Below are positions 36,619 to 43,540 of a stretch of 43,540 bases of DNA, one piece after another. The notes under the pieces were generated by a model. It worked only from the letters and a program-made list of their open reading frames with translations, searched no databases and was not told the DNA's origin. Each line of letters opens with the position of its first letter. The first letter of the stretch is position 1. A program made the position numbers and the translations under genes. The stretch comes from a virus: IMG/VR virus record IMGVR_UViG_3300009433_000003; one strand, given 5' to 3'.

Positions 36619-37442
36619 TAGACTTTCTCTTTTAATTTTTCGAGACCAGCGACGATGGATTCGTATCGACTGGCGGGTATTAGATGGAAGGCTGTAACTC
36701 TGTATTTTTTATATATACGGTCACGCAAGTTAGTGCGAGCCTCTTTGGTTTTGCGAACCTCTTTGATTAAGTCAGAGAGAACCGCGACACAGTCCAGAGA
36801 CATGAGCTCAACCTCTGGGGCCGCCTCTGCAATGGGAGCACTCTCGGGCTCGCTTTGCTTGGTATGCGTCTGCTCATCCATGTCCTGAGTGAAGACCTCG
36901 GAGAGGCCGGCACAGCGAAGAGTCGCATCGATGTGGGCTGACTTGCAGGCCATCTTGAGCGCCTTGTTAAGGTCGCCCCAGTCGTCCTTCTTTGCGTCCC
37001 GGGCACCAATACCCTCGGCGACAATGTTGCCGCTGCCGTCGAGCAAGTGACAGCGCAAGACAATTGAATTGATATCAACACCACTGACGGCCGCCTGTTC
37101 ATAGTCGCCGATATTTGGATAATGAACTATCAGGCCCAGCATCCCGCTGATTTTCTCGGCCCCGGGTTTCCAGAGTGAGTCCTTCGCGTAATGACTGGCG
37201 TCGTTGCACTCTTCTTTCCGGGCTGTCGCCTGACATTTACCCTTACTGACCACATGAATGCGACCGTAGTCGACGTCAGGCTTGAGCGCATCCTTCACCC
37301 ATTCGACCAGCGCCTGCCGGTTTTGCTTGCGCCGGTCCAGACTGGCGACGAAGACCTCAACCGGGAGGTCGAGCGGGTTGGTGGCTGTTGAGGGCAGTTC
37401 GGTGACGAAGGTCTCCTCGTGCTCCATGAGTTCTTGTTCCAT
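36618..37442 (-). CDS. Putative single-strand annealing protein (family not resolved; Rad52/Sak-like motif)
   Basis: 274 aa. Directly upstream of and overlapping the exonuclease gene. NKALKMACKSAHIDATLRCAGLSEVF resembles the Rad52-type K.A.tDalKRa...fG motif. Confidence 0.5.
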   Translation of the reverse strand: MEQELMEHEETFVTELPSTATNPLDLPVEVFVASLDRRKQNRQALVEWVKDALKPDVDYGRIHVVSKGKCQATARKEECNDASHYAKDSLWKPGAEKISGMLGLIVHYPNIGDYEQAAVSGVDINSIVLRCHLLDGSGNIVAEGIGARDAKKDDWGDLNKALKMACKSAHIDATLRCAGLSEVFTQDMDEQTHTKQSEPESAPIAEAAPEVELMSLDCVAVLSDLIKEVRKTKEARTNLRDRIYKKYRVTAFHLIPASRYESIVAGLEKLKEKV

Positions 37443-37453
37443 AATATTTTCTC

Positions 37454-37675
37454 CTATTGACGGACCGGGCAGTCGCAGCGGTCGAATCGATTGTCGCAGT
37501 CATCGCAGTACGCATTTTTAATGACGACGTATTTAATTTGTTTGCCTTCGGGGACCCGCTTCGCAACTTCGGCGAGCTTGAGTTCGTCCCGGGTCAGGCT
37601 TTCTGTGTCATTGAGCTCGCTCGTTAGTTGAGCGCCCAAGTCGGCGTTGTAGGCCTCGGCTGATAGTTCGCTCAT
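37454..37675 (-). CDS. Hypothetical protein with C-terminal Cys cluster
   Basis: 73-aa ORF containing CDDCDNRFDRCDC. Confidence 0.45.
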   Translation of the reverse strand: MSELSAEAYNADLGAQLTSELNDTESLTRDELKLAEVAKRVPEGKQIKYVVIKNAYCDDCDNRFDRCDCPVRQ

Positions 37676-37723
37676 AGGCCGAGCTCCTTGAATACTTTTG
37701 TCATAATTTTTCTCCAGTAGATT

Positions 37724-37748
37724 AAAAGGGGAGGGCCCGAAGGCCCCC
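37724..37748 (-). terminator. Rho-independent terminator after the DUF932 gene
   Basis: Minus strand reads GGGGGCC-TTCG-GGCCCTCCCC followed by TTTTAAT. Confidence 0.6.
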
Positions 37749-37753
37749 AGCAG

Positions 37754-38536
37754 TTACGCTGCCAGCGCTAGAGATTCGCCGAGTGTATCGACGATGATTT
37801 CGGACCTTGCTCGGACTACTTCAGTCGACTGTAGTCTGCTACCCGTAGGCTTGAGAGCCTCAGTACAGGCGTTGTACAACTGCCATGCGCTTCGGTCGTA
37901 GCTCGTGTTGTCGTTGTAGGCAGCGTGAGCGTCGTATGATGGACGGTCCCATTCTTTAACCGCGACACCTAACTGAGTAGCTGATAGGCCACCGCGTCTG
38001 TGAAGTTCGATAAGGAACTGGTCACCTTGGGTTGGGTTAAGGAGGGTTGACTTGTACTCAGTGAGACGCTTCTCGGTCTCAGCGGCACGGTCAGGGATTT
38101 TATTAACCGCGTCGGCTACCAGTGCAGGGATTCGGTCCCAGATATTGGTGGTCTGTTTGGTCTTGAAGGTGCCCAGTGAACCACTGAAGCACATGTTTGA
38201 GCAGACCATGACTTGCTCACCGATACAGAGGCCACGTTGAATGCTTTGATTATGTGAGCCACGAAGGCCAACAATGACCCGGAAGTCGTCCGCTTCGACA
38301 AGGTACTTATTGTCGAGAGCAACCTCGAAGGCGCCGAAGAATAATGACCCGGCATTTGTCACCTCGAACTCCTCATCGAGAACCTGTAGGCCACATTTAT
38401 CCAGCTCGTTTTCAACGAGGTCTGCATAATCTGAGAAGGGCATTGGTTCATGGAACCGGCCTTGAGGCTTAGGGGTTGCTAGATTCTTGAGGTCCGCACG
38501 GCTGTGAGTAGCTGGGGAATAAAGTAAGTTTGACAT
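37754..38536 (-). CDS. DUF932-family protein (first early-left gene)
   Basis: 260 aa. VIVGLRGSHNQSI...CIGEQVMVCSNMCFSG...KTKQT matches the DUF932 core pattern (NShDgs..., vCsNg, r.kHT). Confidence 0.65.
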   Translation of the reverse strand: MSNLLYSPATHSRADLKNLATPKPQGRFHEPMPFSDYADLVENELDKCGLQVLDEEFEVTNAGSLFFGAFEVALDNKYLVEADDFRVIVGLRGSHNQSIQRGLCIGEQVMVCSNMCFSGSLGTFKTKQTTNIWDRIPALVADAVNKIPDRAAETEKRLTEYKSTLLNPTQGDQFLIELHRRGGLSATQLGVAVKEWDRPSYDAHAAYNDNTSYDRSAWQLYNACTEALKPTGSRLQSTEVVRARSEIIVDTLGESLALAA

Positions 38537-38600
38537 ATATATTTCACCTTTTTAGTTGGGGCCCCTTTATGGCGGGGCCTGAATAAGAAAGTGAATACTG

Positions 38601-38678
38601 CTACAGCTTGTAGCTAATGTCAAACGATTTGTATGCTTTTCTACATAAAAGTAGATATTATTTTTTTCTACTCTGTAG
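38601..38678. promoter_or_regulatory. Putative left operator/promoter region: three CTAC-N(3-6)-GTAG palindromes
   Basis: CTACAGCTTGTAG at 38601-13, CTACATAAAAGTAG at 38641-54 and CTACTCTGTAG at 38668-78, between the repressor gene end and the DUF932 start. Confidence 0.5.
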
Positions 38679-38988
38679 TTTTATTTCCTCCAAGGCCTTC
38701 GGCCATGTTGATCAGGATGGCTTTGTGCTCATCCGACAGCCCTCTAAATACTTCAACGAGACTCACTTCTTGGTCCTTGCTCAATATAATCGCATCGTCT
38801 CCAATTAAGTCTTTCAATGTAACTCCTAGCGTTATGGCAATTTGTTTAATGTATTTAATTTTCGGGTCTCTACGACCCGTCAGCCAATGACCTACCAGTG
38901 AACGACTCACCCCCATGGCGTCGCCTATATCACTGTAAGTCAGCCCACGCTTTCGCATGAACGCTCGTGCTCTATCATACCATCTCAT
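38668..38988 (-). CDS. CI-like repressor (XRE-family HTH, short form without a peptidase domain)
   Basis: 106 aa. GLTYSDIGDAMGVSRSLVGHWLTGRRDP is an HTH pattern. Divergent from the cro-like gene. Confidence 0.7.
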   Translation of the reverse strand: MRWYDRARAFMRKRGLTYSDIGDAMGVSRSLVGHWLTGRRDPKIKYIKQIAITLGVTLKDLIGDDAIILSKDQEVSLVEVFRGLSDEHKAILINMAEGLGGNKTTE

Positions 38989-39087
38989 GGTGTTCAGCTT
39001 ACTACCCTCCTATGTTCTTTTGTTTAACCGGTCGCATCATAGGCGAACTCGGCTCAATTACCAAAACGTAGAGGGACCTTACGCTCG

Positions 39088-39188
39088 CTACTTTTTGTAG
39101 TCAAGTAGAAATAGCTCCAGCAAAAGACCAAGCGATAATAACTTGTATTTTGTTATACAAATCTGTATCATCCGCTACATGAAAGTAG
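39088..39188. promoter_or_regulatory. Putative right operator/promoter region: CTAC-N(5-6)-GTAG palindromes in the divergent intergenic region
   Basis: CTACTTTTTGTAG at 39088-100. CTACATGAAAGTAG at 39175-88 overlaps the cro-like ATG and differs at one base from the 38641 copy. Confidence 0.5.
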
Positions 39189-39496
39189 ACGACCTAAAGC
39201 ACTGTATCTCATCCGAGTTTTTACGATATCTGCAAGTAGTCGGTGGCTATAAAGAAGCCGCACGACGACTCAATGTTTCGTATCAACAAATCGGCCATTT
39301 AAAAAACGGACGCCGTCGCGTGACGCCAGATTTAGCTCGGGCTATCTCGGCAGACAGCAACGGCTTTATAAATAAGAACGAGTTAATTTTCCCGGAGGAC
39401 TACACCAATGAAAAAAGTATCCCAGCTCGAAAAAGTAAAAACGCACCTCTTAACAGGAGCGGCGCTGACGCCCCTCGAAGCGCTCGACCAGTATAA
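39179..39496 (+). CDS. Cro-like / YdaS-type HTH regulator
   Basis: 105 aa from ATG 39179. GGYKEAARRLNVSYQQIGHLKNGRRRVTPDLA is an HTH pattern. Its C-terminal 29 codons overlap the next gene. Confidence 0.6.
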   Translation: MKVDDLKHCISSEFLRYLQVVGGYKEAARRLNVSYQQIGHLKNGRRRVTPDLARAISADSNGFINKNELIFPEDYTNEKSIPARKSKNAPLNRSGADAPRSARPV

Positions 39497-39635
39497 CTCA
39501 CTGAGGCTTGGCTCCATTATTCATCGACTCAAGCGCGACCCGCACAATATGACAATCGAAAGTCACATGGTCAAAGTCGCCAGCGGAAAACGGGTGGCTC
39601 GTTACAGTGTTCCAAACTGGGCGGCGCAACCTTAA
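39408..39635 (+). CDS. Winged-helix DNA-binding protein (HTH_39-like)
   Basis: 75 aa. SD GGAGG. LTPLEALDQYNSLRLGSIIHRLKRDPHNM pattern. Confidence 0.6.
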   Translation: MKKVSQLEKVKTHLLTGAALTPLEALDQYNSLRLGSIIHRLKRDPHNMTIESHMVKVASGKRVARYSVPNWAAQP

Positions 39636-40468
39636 TGTACGGGAAAATATTCGAGTCCATGTACGACGGAACAATATCTTCGAACTGGAAAGCGCTTATT
39701 ACGTTCCAGCAAATGATCGTCTTGAGTGACTCTCAAGGCGTTATCGATATCCACCCACCAGCATTATCAAAACGCACAGGCATCCCGCTAGACATTATCG
39801 AGGACGGCATCGAATACCTCGAGCAACCCGATAAGTATTCCCGAAGTCAGGACCATGAGGGTCGCCGTATCTTGCGACTTAATGAGCACCGACCTTGGGG
39901 ATGGTCGATTGTAAACCACCAGCATTATAGAGACCTATCATCGACCGAAGACCGACGCGAAAAGGACCGACTCAGAAAGCAGAAACAACGGTCGGCCGCT
40001 AAGTGTCCCACGGAAGATGATGAGGCAAAACAGGAACTTACTGGAGACCAAGAAGATTGTCCCACTTTGTCCGCAAAGTCACGCCATACAATTGCATCTG
40101 TATCTGTATCTGTATCTTTAGAGTTCTTTAATATCTTTTATGAGTGCCATCCAAAAAAGAAAGCTCGAAAGGTCGCATGGGATTCGTGGCAAAAATTAAT
40201 ACCCGGACTGCATGACTCACTCGAGTCGCTCTATCAAACCATTATTGACGACGTGAAACATAAGGCCGCCAACGATACCGACTGGCTTCGTGGGTTCGCG
40301 CCTTATCCCGCTACCTATCTGAACCAAGAAAGGTGGACCGACGAAGTAACACTGGAGAACAGACATGACAACAATCGAGCAAATAATCGCAAACAAAGCA
40401 CAGGCGAACGGGCAGCCGAAATATTCGCAAAGAAATCAGAACCAGCAGAGCTCACCATTAATCACTGA
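39635..40468 (+). CDS. Replication initiator / replisome organiser (lambda O-position)
   Basis: 277 aa. N-terminal winged-helix-like domain. Internal hexamer repeats plus an AT-rich tract. Followed by a lambda-P-like gene. Confidence 0.55.
   Translation: MYGKIFESMYDGTISSNWKALITFQQMIVLSDSQGVIDIHPPALSKRTGIPLDIIEDGIEYLEQPDKYSRSQDHEGRRILRLNEHRPWGWSIVNHQHYRDLSSTEDRREKDRLRKQKQRSAAKCPTEDDEAKQELTGDQEDCPTLSAKSRHTIASVSVSVSLEFFNIFYECHPKKKARKVAWDSWQKLIPGLHDSLESLYQTIIDDVKHKAANDTDWLRGFAPYPATYLNQERWTDEVTLENRHDNNRANNRKQSTGERAAEIFAKKSEPAELTINH
40096..40117. repeat. Tandem hexamer ATCTGT x3.7 inside the O-like gene (candidate origin iterons)
   Basis: ATCTGTATCTGTATCTGTATCT followed by AT-rich TTAGAGTTCTTTAATATCTTTTATGAG. 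Confidence 0.7.
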
Positions 40469-40898
40469 AAAACACATGGTCGCACTCTGGGAACGGTTCG
40501 GGGAAATCTACGGCAACACGTTCGACATTAAAAAATTGGACGGCGTCGAGTTCTGGATGACCACGCTTAACCGCAAAGGCATCACGCCAAAGAAAATGGC
40601 CCGAGGCATTGACCAGCTTCTCGAAGAGGGCGGGAGTTTCGCCCCGAGTCTGGGCGAGTTCCTGAAGGCGTGCCGAACAACAACGCCGCTGTATCACAGG
40701 TCATTCGAAGAGCAAGGAATGATTGAGCACACACCGGTCCAAAGCAAAGAAGTCGCACAGGCCGCCATGGCCAAGATGATGGCGGGGCTCGCAGCGCACA
40801 GCAGCAAGAAGCCAGTGCCCACGACAAACCCAGAGGCGCAAGCCGAAGAGGACGCGCTTATACAAGACCTCGAGGGTCGCTATGAGCAGAACGATTAG
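40365..40898 (+). CDS. Lambda P-like replication protein (helicase loader)
   Basis: 177 aa. FWMTTLNRKGITPKKMARGIDQLL...FAPSLGEFLKACR parallels lambda P WVLAFRENGITTMEQVNAGMRVAR...FLPSPGQFVAWCR (from memory). The start is uncertain (40365 or 40476). Confidence 0.6.
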   Translation: MTTIEQIIANKAQANGQPKYSQRNQNQQSSPLITEKHMVALWERFGEIYGNTFDIKKLDGVEFWMTTLNRKGITPKKMARGIDQLLEEGGSFAPSLGEFLKACRTTTPLYHRSFEEQGMIEHTPVQSKEVAQAAMAKMMAGLAAHSSKKPVPTTNPEAQAEEDALIQDLEGRYEQND

Positions 40899-41175
40899 TG
40901 TCGCAGCTGACATCAACAGTCGAATCAAGTGGGGCATCGCGGCTAATCTCAGCGCGACGCTCGAGTCCGACTGCAAGCGGTTCCGAATTACCAACTCGGG
41001 CCGCAAGGGTGGAGATCAATATTGCCTCTGGGAGAAAATTGAACACGCCTTTCGCTCTGACTACACCGGCGAAATGCACAGCTGTTACAACTCAATGCGT
41101 TCCATGGGGACATCGGCCCACGTTAAAAAAAGAGCGGAGACATTGAGAAATGAGCAAGTACGCGAGGAAGGTTGA
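40882..41175 (+). CDS. Hypothetical protein
   Basis: 97-aa ORF, preferred over the overlapping 40898..41146 frame, whose product is S/T/R/A-rich. Confidence 0.35.
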   Translation: MSRTISVAADINSRIKWGIAANLSATLESDCKRFRITNSGRKGGDQYCLWEKIEHAFRSDYTGEMHSCYNSMRSMGTSAHVKKRAETLRNEQVREEG

Positions 41176-41428
41176 TGGCAATCAAACATTCGTGGTCAGC
41201 GCATTGCTCCAAGTCGGCTGCGAGGTCGAGGACTTGTCAGCAGCGGGACGAGGCTTTCCCGACTTGGTGGTCCAGCTTGGTGGCCGCGTTTATCTTATGG
41301 AAATTAAAAACCCAGCCGGGAAGAACCGCCTCACTGAGGCTCAAATTAAATTTAACAAACGCTTCCCCGTTCATGTCGTCAGGTCGGCAGAGGAAGCCAT
41401 AAGGGTGGTAACTAAAAATGAAAAATAA
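41150..41428 (+). CDS. PD-(D/E)xK nuclease (VRR-NUC / Holliday-junction-resolvase-like)
   Basis: 92 aa. GFPDLVV...VYLMEIK has the PD...ExK spacing. Confidence 0.55.
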   Translation: MSKYARKVDGNQTFVVSALLQVGCEVEDLSAAGRGFPDLVVQLGGRVYLMEIKNPAGKNRLTEAQIKFNKRFPVHVVRSAEEAIRVVTKNEK

Positions 41429-41720
41429 AAATTATGTAGACATGCGGCTCCTTGCTGTCAGGTCGCCCGAGCAAATTGAGGCGGACAGGAAAAAGAAGCA
41501 AGACGCCCTTATCGAAAAGAATAACGCGGCGCGTAAAATTGCCCGGGCAAAAACCCGACACAGCAACACCGAAGGCTCCCGGCCCGATGGCGCGAAGATT
41601 ATGTTCCAGCAACAATTCTACAAGCTAGACCGATGGGGCAAATACATGGTCTGGCGCGGCGGCGAATGGGTCCGCTCATCGGTTGACCTGCTTGAGATAG
41701 GCAAGGGGATGAGATTATGA
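41418..41720 (+). CDS. Hypothetical basic protein
   Basis: 100-aa ORF. Overlaps both neighbouring genes by a few nt. Confidence 0.45.
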   Translation: MKNKNYVDMRLLAVRSPEQIEADRKKKQDALIEKNNAARKIARAKTRHSNTEGSRPDGAKIMFQQQFYKLDRWGKYMVWRGGEWVRSSVDLLEIGKGMRL

Positions 41721-42391
41721 GCGACGAAGCGGCAGCAATATCAGGCGTGACGCACGGCCTCAAGACATTGGTCGACGACAGCGTCAACCTGACAATCAAC
41801 ATCCCGCCACGGTACGCGACCGAGTGTATGAAATTATTCGGCAAGCGCGGCATTGATATCGCACTGGCAGCGCTGACCATTGACGCCGGTCTCGCTATTG
41901 CGAGAGCAGAGATATCAGGCGGAGTGACCGAGAAGCAATTCGGAGACCAAGCAAGAAAGCTAAAACAGTCTGGCTTCTTTAGGTCCCCGGACGTGTGGTG
42001 TTACGTCGGCAAAGATGACGAGTTCCTGACATGGTTGCGAGGTGAGAAATGCGCCTCAGAAAATCACGATTGTCTCGGCGACATTGTCCCGGCTCACGTT
42101 CGTCGCGTGGCCAATGGCTCGGGCACCGGGATAAAACCCATGTACTCAGCAATTGCCTTATGCGATGCACACCACAAGAAACAACACCAGCTGGGCGAAA
42201 GCGCAATCGGGCCCGAAGCGTGGTGGTCAACAAAACGGATACAGGCCATTGAGAACTGGTGCTGGTTCAAACTAAAAACCGACCTCGGGTATGGCAGCTG
42301 GGCAGAAGTCCCACCGGCAGCGCTTGCACAATGGGCGGAGCAAAGAGAATTAGAAACCTATCTCCCCACTTGCTACAAGGAGGCTGTATGA
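41717..42391 (+). CDS. DUF968-like / HNH-fold protein
   Basis: 224 aa. C-x5-C..AHVRRVANGSGTGIKPMYSAIALCDAHHKKQH pattern. Confidence 0.5.
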   Translation: MSDEAAAISGVTHGLKTLVDDSVNLTINIPPRYATECMKLFGKRGIDIALAALTIDAGLAIARAEISGGVTEKQFGDQARKLKQSGFFRSPDVWCYVGKDDEFLTWLRGEKCASENHDCLGDIVPAHVRRVANGSGTGIKPMYSAIALCDAHHKKQHQLGESAIGPEAWWSTKRIQAIENWCWFKLKTDLGYGSWAEVPPAALAQWAEQRELETYLPTCYKEAV

Positions 42392-42768
42392 CAGACCCAG
42401 CATGGACCCCGACCGAGGACCAATTGCTCCAGCGCGTCTACCCGAGCGCCCCGATGAGAATGCTGCAATGTTTGTTCGGCTTCAGAACCCGGGCAGCAAT
42501 CACCATTCGCGCCAGCCGGCTCCACGTCCGTCGTAATTGGAAATGGACCCGGGAGCAAGACCGAGTGATTGAATGTTGCTATGCCCGATATGGCGCCAGC
42601 TATTGTCAACAATATCTCGAAGGCAAGACGCTCCACTCAATTCACCACCGGGCCAGACGCTTGAACGTCGGCTATCGATTTGAAAAGAAAAAGGAGCTAC
42701 CTGAAGGTCATGACGAAATGGCAATGGTGGAACTACGAAAAAAAATTATATGCGGGAGCTGGAACTGA
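42388..42768 (+). CDS. Tandem Myb/SANT-like repeat protein (candidate late regulator)
   Basis: 126 aa from ATG 42388 (ATGA overlap). Two repeats: WTPTEDQLLQRVYPS...AAITIRASRLHV and WTREQDRVIECCYAR...HSIHHRARRLNV. Confidence 0.5.
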   Translation: MTDPAWTPTEDQLLQRVYPSAPMRMLQCLFGFRTRAAITIRASRLHVRRNWKWTREQDRVIECCYARYGASYCQQYLEGKTLHSIHHRARRLNVGYRFEKKKELPEGHDEMAMVELRKKIICGSWN

Positions 42769-42992
42769 TGCTGACTCATCCAATGATTAACATCCAACAC
42801 GACCAAGGCTTGCACTTCAGAGCTTACCGAGTGGCTTACTCTGTTGTCACCAATGACCAAGCTGTCACATGCCTCAATTACTTGCGTCTCATACTGAAGA
42901 AAATGAAGACCGTCCCGGGGCGGGAAGACATTCGAGACTTGATAGGCACTATGCACAGAAATTTTGACACACTGGGGCGCCGTCGTGGCTAA
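42768..42992 (+). CDS. Hypothetical protein
   Basis: 74 aa from ATG 42768 (TGATG overlap). Its stop overlaps the terS GTG. Confidence 0.4.
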   Translation: MLTHPMINIQHDQGLHFRAYRVAYSVVTNDQAVTCLNYLRLILKKMKTVPGREDIRDLIGTMHRNFDTLGRRRG

Positions 42993-43533
42993 GAAGAAAG
43001 TCAGCAAGAAGAAAGCCAAGAAGAAGGCTTCGAAGAAGAAGGCCACGAGGAGACGAGCGCCTACCCAAGCGCTTGAGGTCCTTCCGAGGAGTGTAGGAAG
43101 ACCAAGAAGCATTGAGTCGCCCGAGGAGTTCGAATACAAATGCCAAGAATACTTCGACCTCAAGATGAAAGAAATGAAAGAGAACCCGCTGACGTCTTTG
43201 ATGTACAGGCCGACCCTGACAGGGCTCATCCTAGCGATAGGCTTGAACTCCCGGGAGAGCCTTGCAGAGTACGGGCGGCGACCTGAATATTCTGACCCGG
43301 TGGCAAAAGCCAAGACAACCATCGAGTCCATTTATGAATTGATGCTCGGGACCAGTACAGCGAGCGGCGCTGCCTTTGCGCTCAGGAACTTCGGCTGGAA
43401 GGACAAGGCTGAGCCCGGGGACGATGATGACAACGACCTGAAGGAAATGAGTGTGCTCGAGAAGGCGACGCGCATGGCGGCACTACTTCGGAAAGGACAA
43501 CGAGAATTACCAGCGGAGGTGAAAGGTGAGTAA
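42985..43533 (+). CDS. terS: Terminase small subunit (gp3-type)
   Basis: 182 aa from GTG 42985 (the track starts at TTG 42964). Lys-rich N-terminus. GRPRSI..., then PTLTGLILAIGLNSRESLAEY, then GAAFALRNFGWKD is the typical small-terminase pattern. Confidence 0.75.
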   Translation: MAKKKVSKKKAKKKASKKKATRRRAPTQALEVLPRSVGRPRSIESPEEFEYKCQEYFDLKMKEMKENPLTSLMYRPTLTGLILAIGLNSRESLAEYGRRPEYSDPVAKAKTTIESIYELMLGTSTASGAAFALRNFGWKDKAEPGDDDDNDLKEMSVLEKATRMAALLRKGQRELPAEVKGE

Positions 43534-43540
43534 AACAGAA
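43418..43540. repeat. Terminal direct repeat, copy 2
   Basis: Identical to nt 1-123. Consistent with circular closure or terminal redundancy of a headful-type genome. Confidence 0.95.

Larger units (their letters stand above)
1..43540. mobile_element. Complete temperate podovirus-like phage genome (circularly closed assembly, unique length 43,417 bp)
   Basis: Contiguous packaging, T7-like head/tail/internal-core, lysis, attP/integrase, recombination, immunity and replication modules. Window ends are identical over 123 nt. Confidence 0.9.

Noticed and set aside
38560-38585. GGCCCC-N8-GGGGCC hairpin in the DUF932 leader as a terminator for the repressor transcript
   Set aside because: No U-run follows on either strand. 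It may be a leader structure, but there is not enough evidence to call it a feature.
42708-43331. 207-aa minus-strand ORF overlapping terS and its upstream gene
   Set aside because: Its low-complexity product (FFFEAFFLAFFLLTFFL mirrors the Lys-rich terS N-terminus) marks it as a shadow of a gene with a clear small-terminase signature.
1-43540. T7-like single-subunit RNA polymerase or DNA polymerase, given the T7-like structural module
   Set aside because: No ORF of suitable size or motif content exists. The early genes are lambdoid (repressor/cro, O/P-like, Red-like), so this is a mosaic temperate phage that depends on host polymerases.

Overview
The window is one complete genome of a temperate, podovirus-like phage. 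Nt 1-123 are identical to nt 43418-43540, so the record is a circular or terminally redundant assembly opened inside terS, with a unique length of 43,417 bp.

Rightward genes (+ strand):
- cro-like gene and a lambda O/P-like replication module (39.2-40.9 kb)
- nin-like small genes, including a PD-(D/E)xK nuclease, a DUF968/HNH-like protein and a tandem Myb/SANT protein
- terS (42985..43533)
- an AT-rich 2-kb array of mini-genes that separates terS from terL (2064..3584)
- a T7/BPP-1-like structural module: gp6.7-like protein, portal, scaffold, capsid, cement protein, tail tubular A/B, and internal virion proteins gp13/14/15-like
- a 3083-aa gp16-position protein
- a tail fibre plus a second, AT-richer beta-helix receptor-binding cassette
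- a lysis cassette: M23 peptidase, holin-like proteins and overlapped spanins

Leftward genes (- strand):
- short CI-like repressor
- DUF932 protein
- annealing protein, YqaJ exonuclease and SSB
- xis and int
- attP carrying the 3-prime half of a tRNA-Thr(CGU)-like gene
- an accessory island of 12 small genes lying between attP and the lysis genes

No RNA polymerase, reverse transcriptase/DGR, CRISPR array or complete tRNA gene was seen.

The most unusual content is the 3083-aa virion-internal polyvalent protein, which takes up 21% of the genome. It carries a very clear RelA/SpoT-type (small alarmone synthetase / toxSAS-like) domain, plus ParB-like, ADP-ribosyltransferase-like and HExxH metallopeptidase domains. 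It is paired with a separately encoded SpoT-type HD hydrolase (small alarmone hydrolase) in the accessory island. I read this as a possible injected-toxin / phage-encoded-hydrolase system.

Several conserved non-coding repeat families are also reported:
- possible pac-like 24-29-nt repeats
- SD-junction repeats
- palindrome + TATA boxes
- CTAC..GTAG operators
- attP arm sites
- a 15-nt element found after terL and after the giant gene

All family assignments come from motif recognition by eye. No searches were run.
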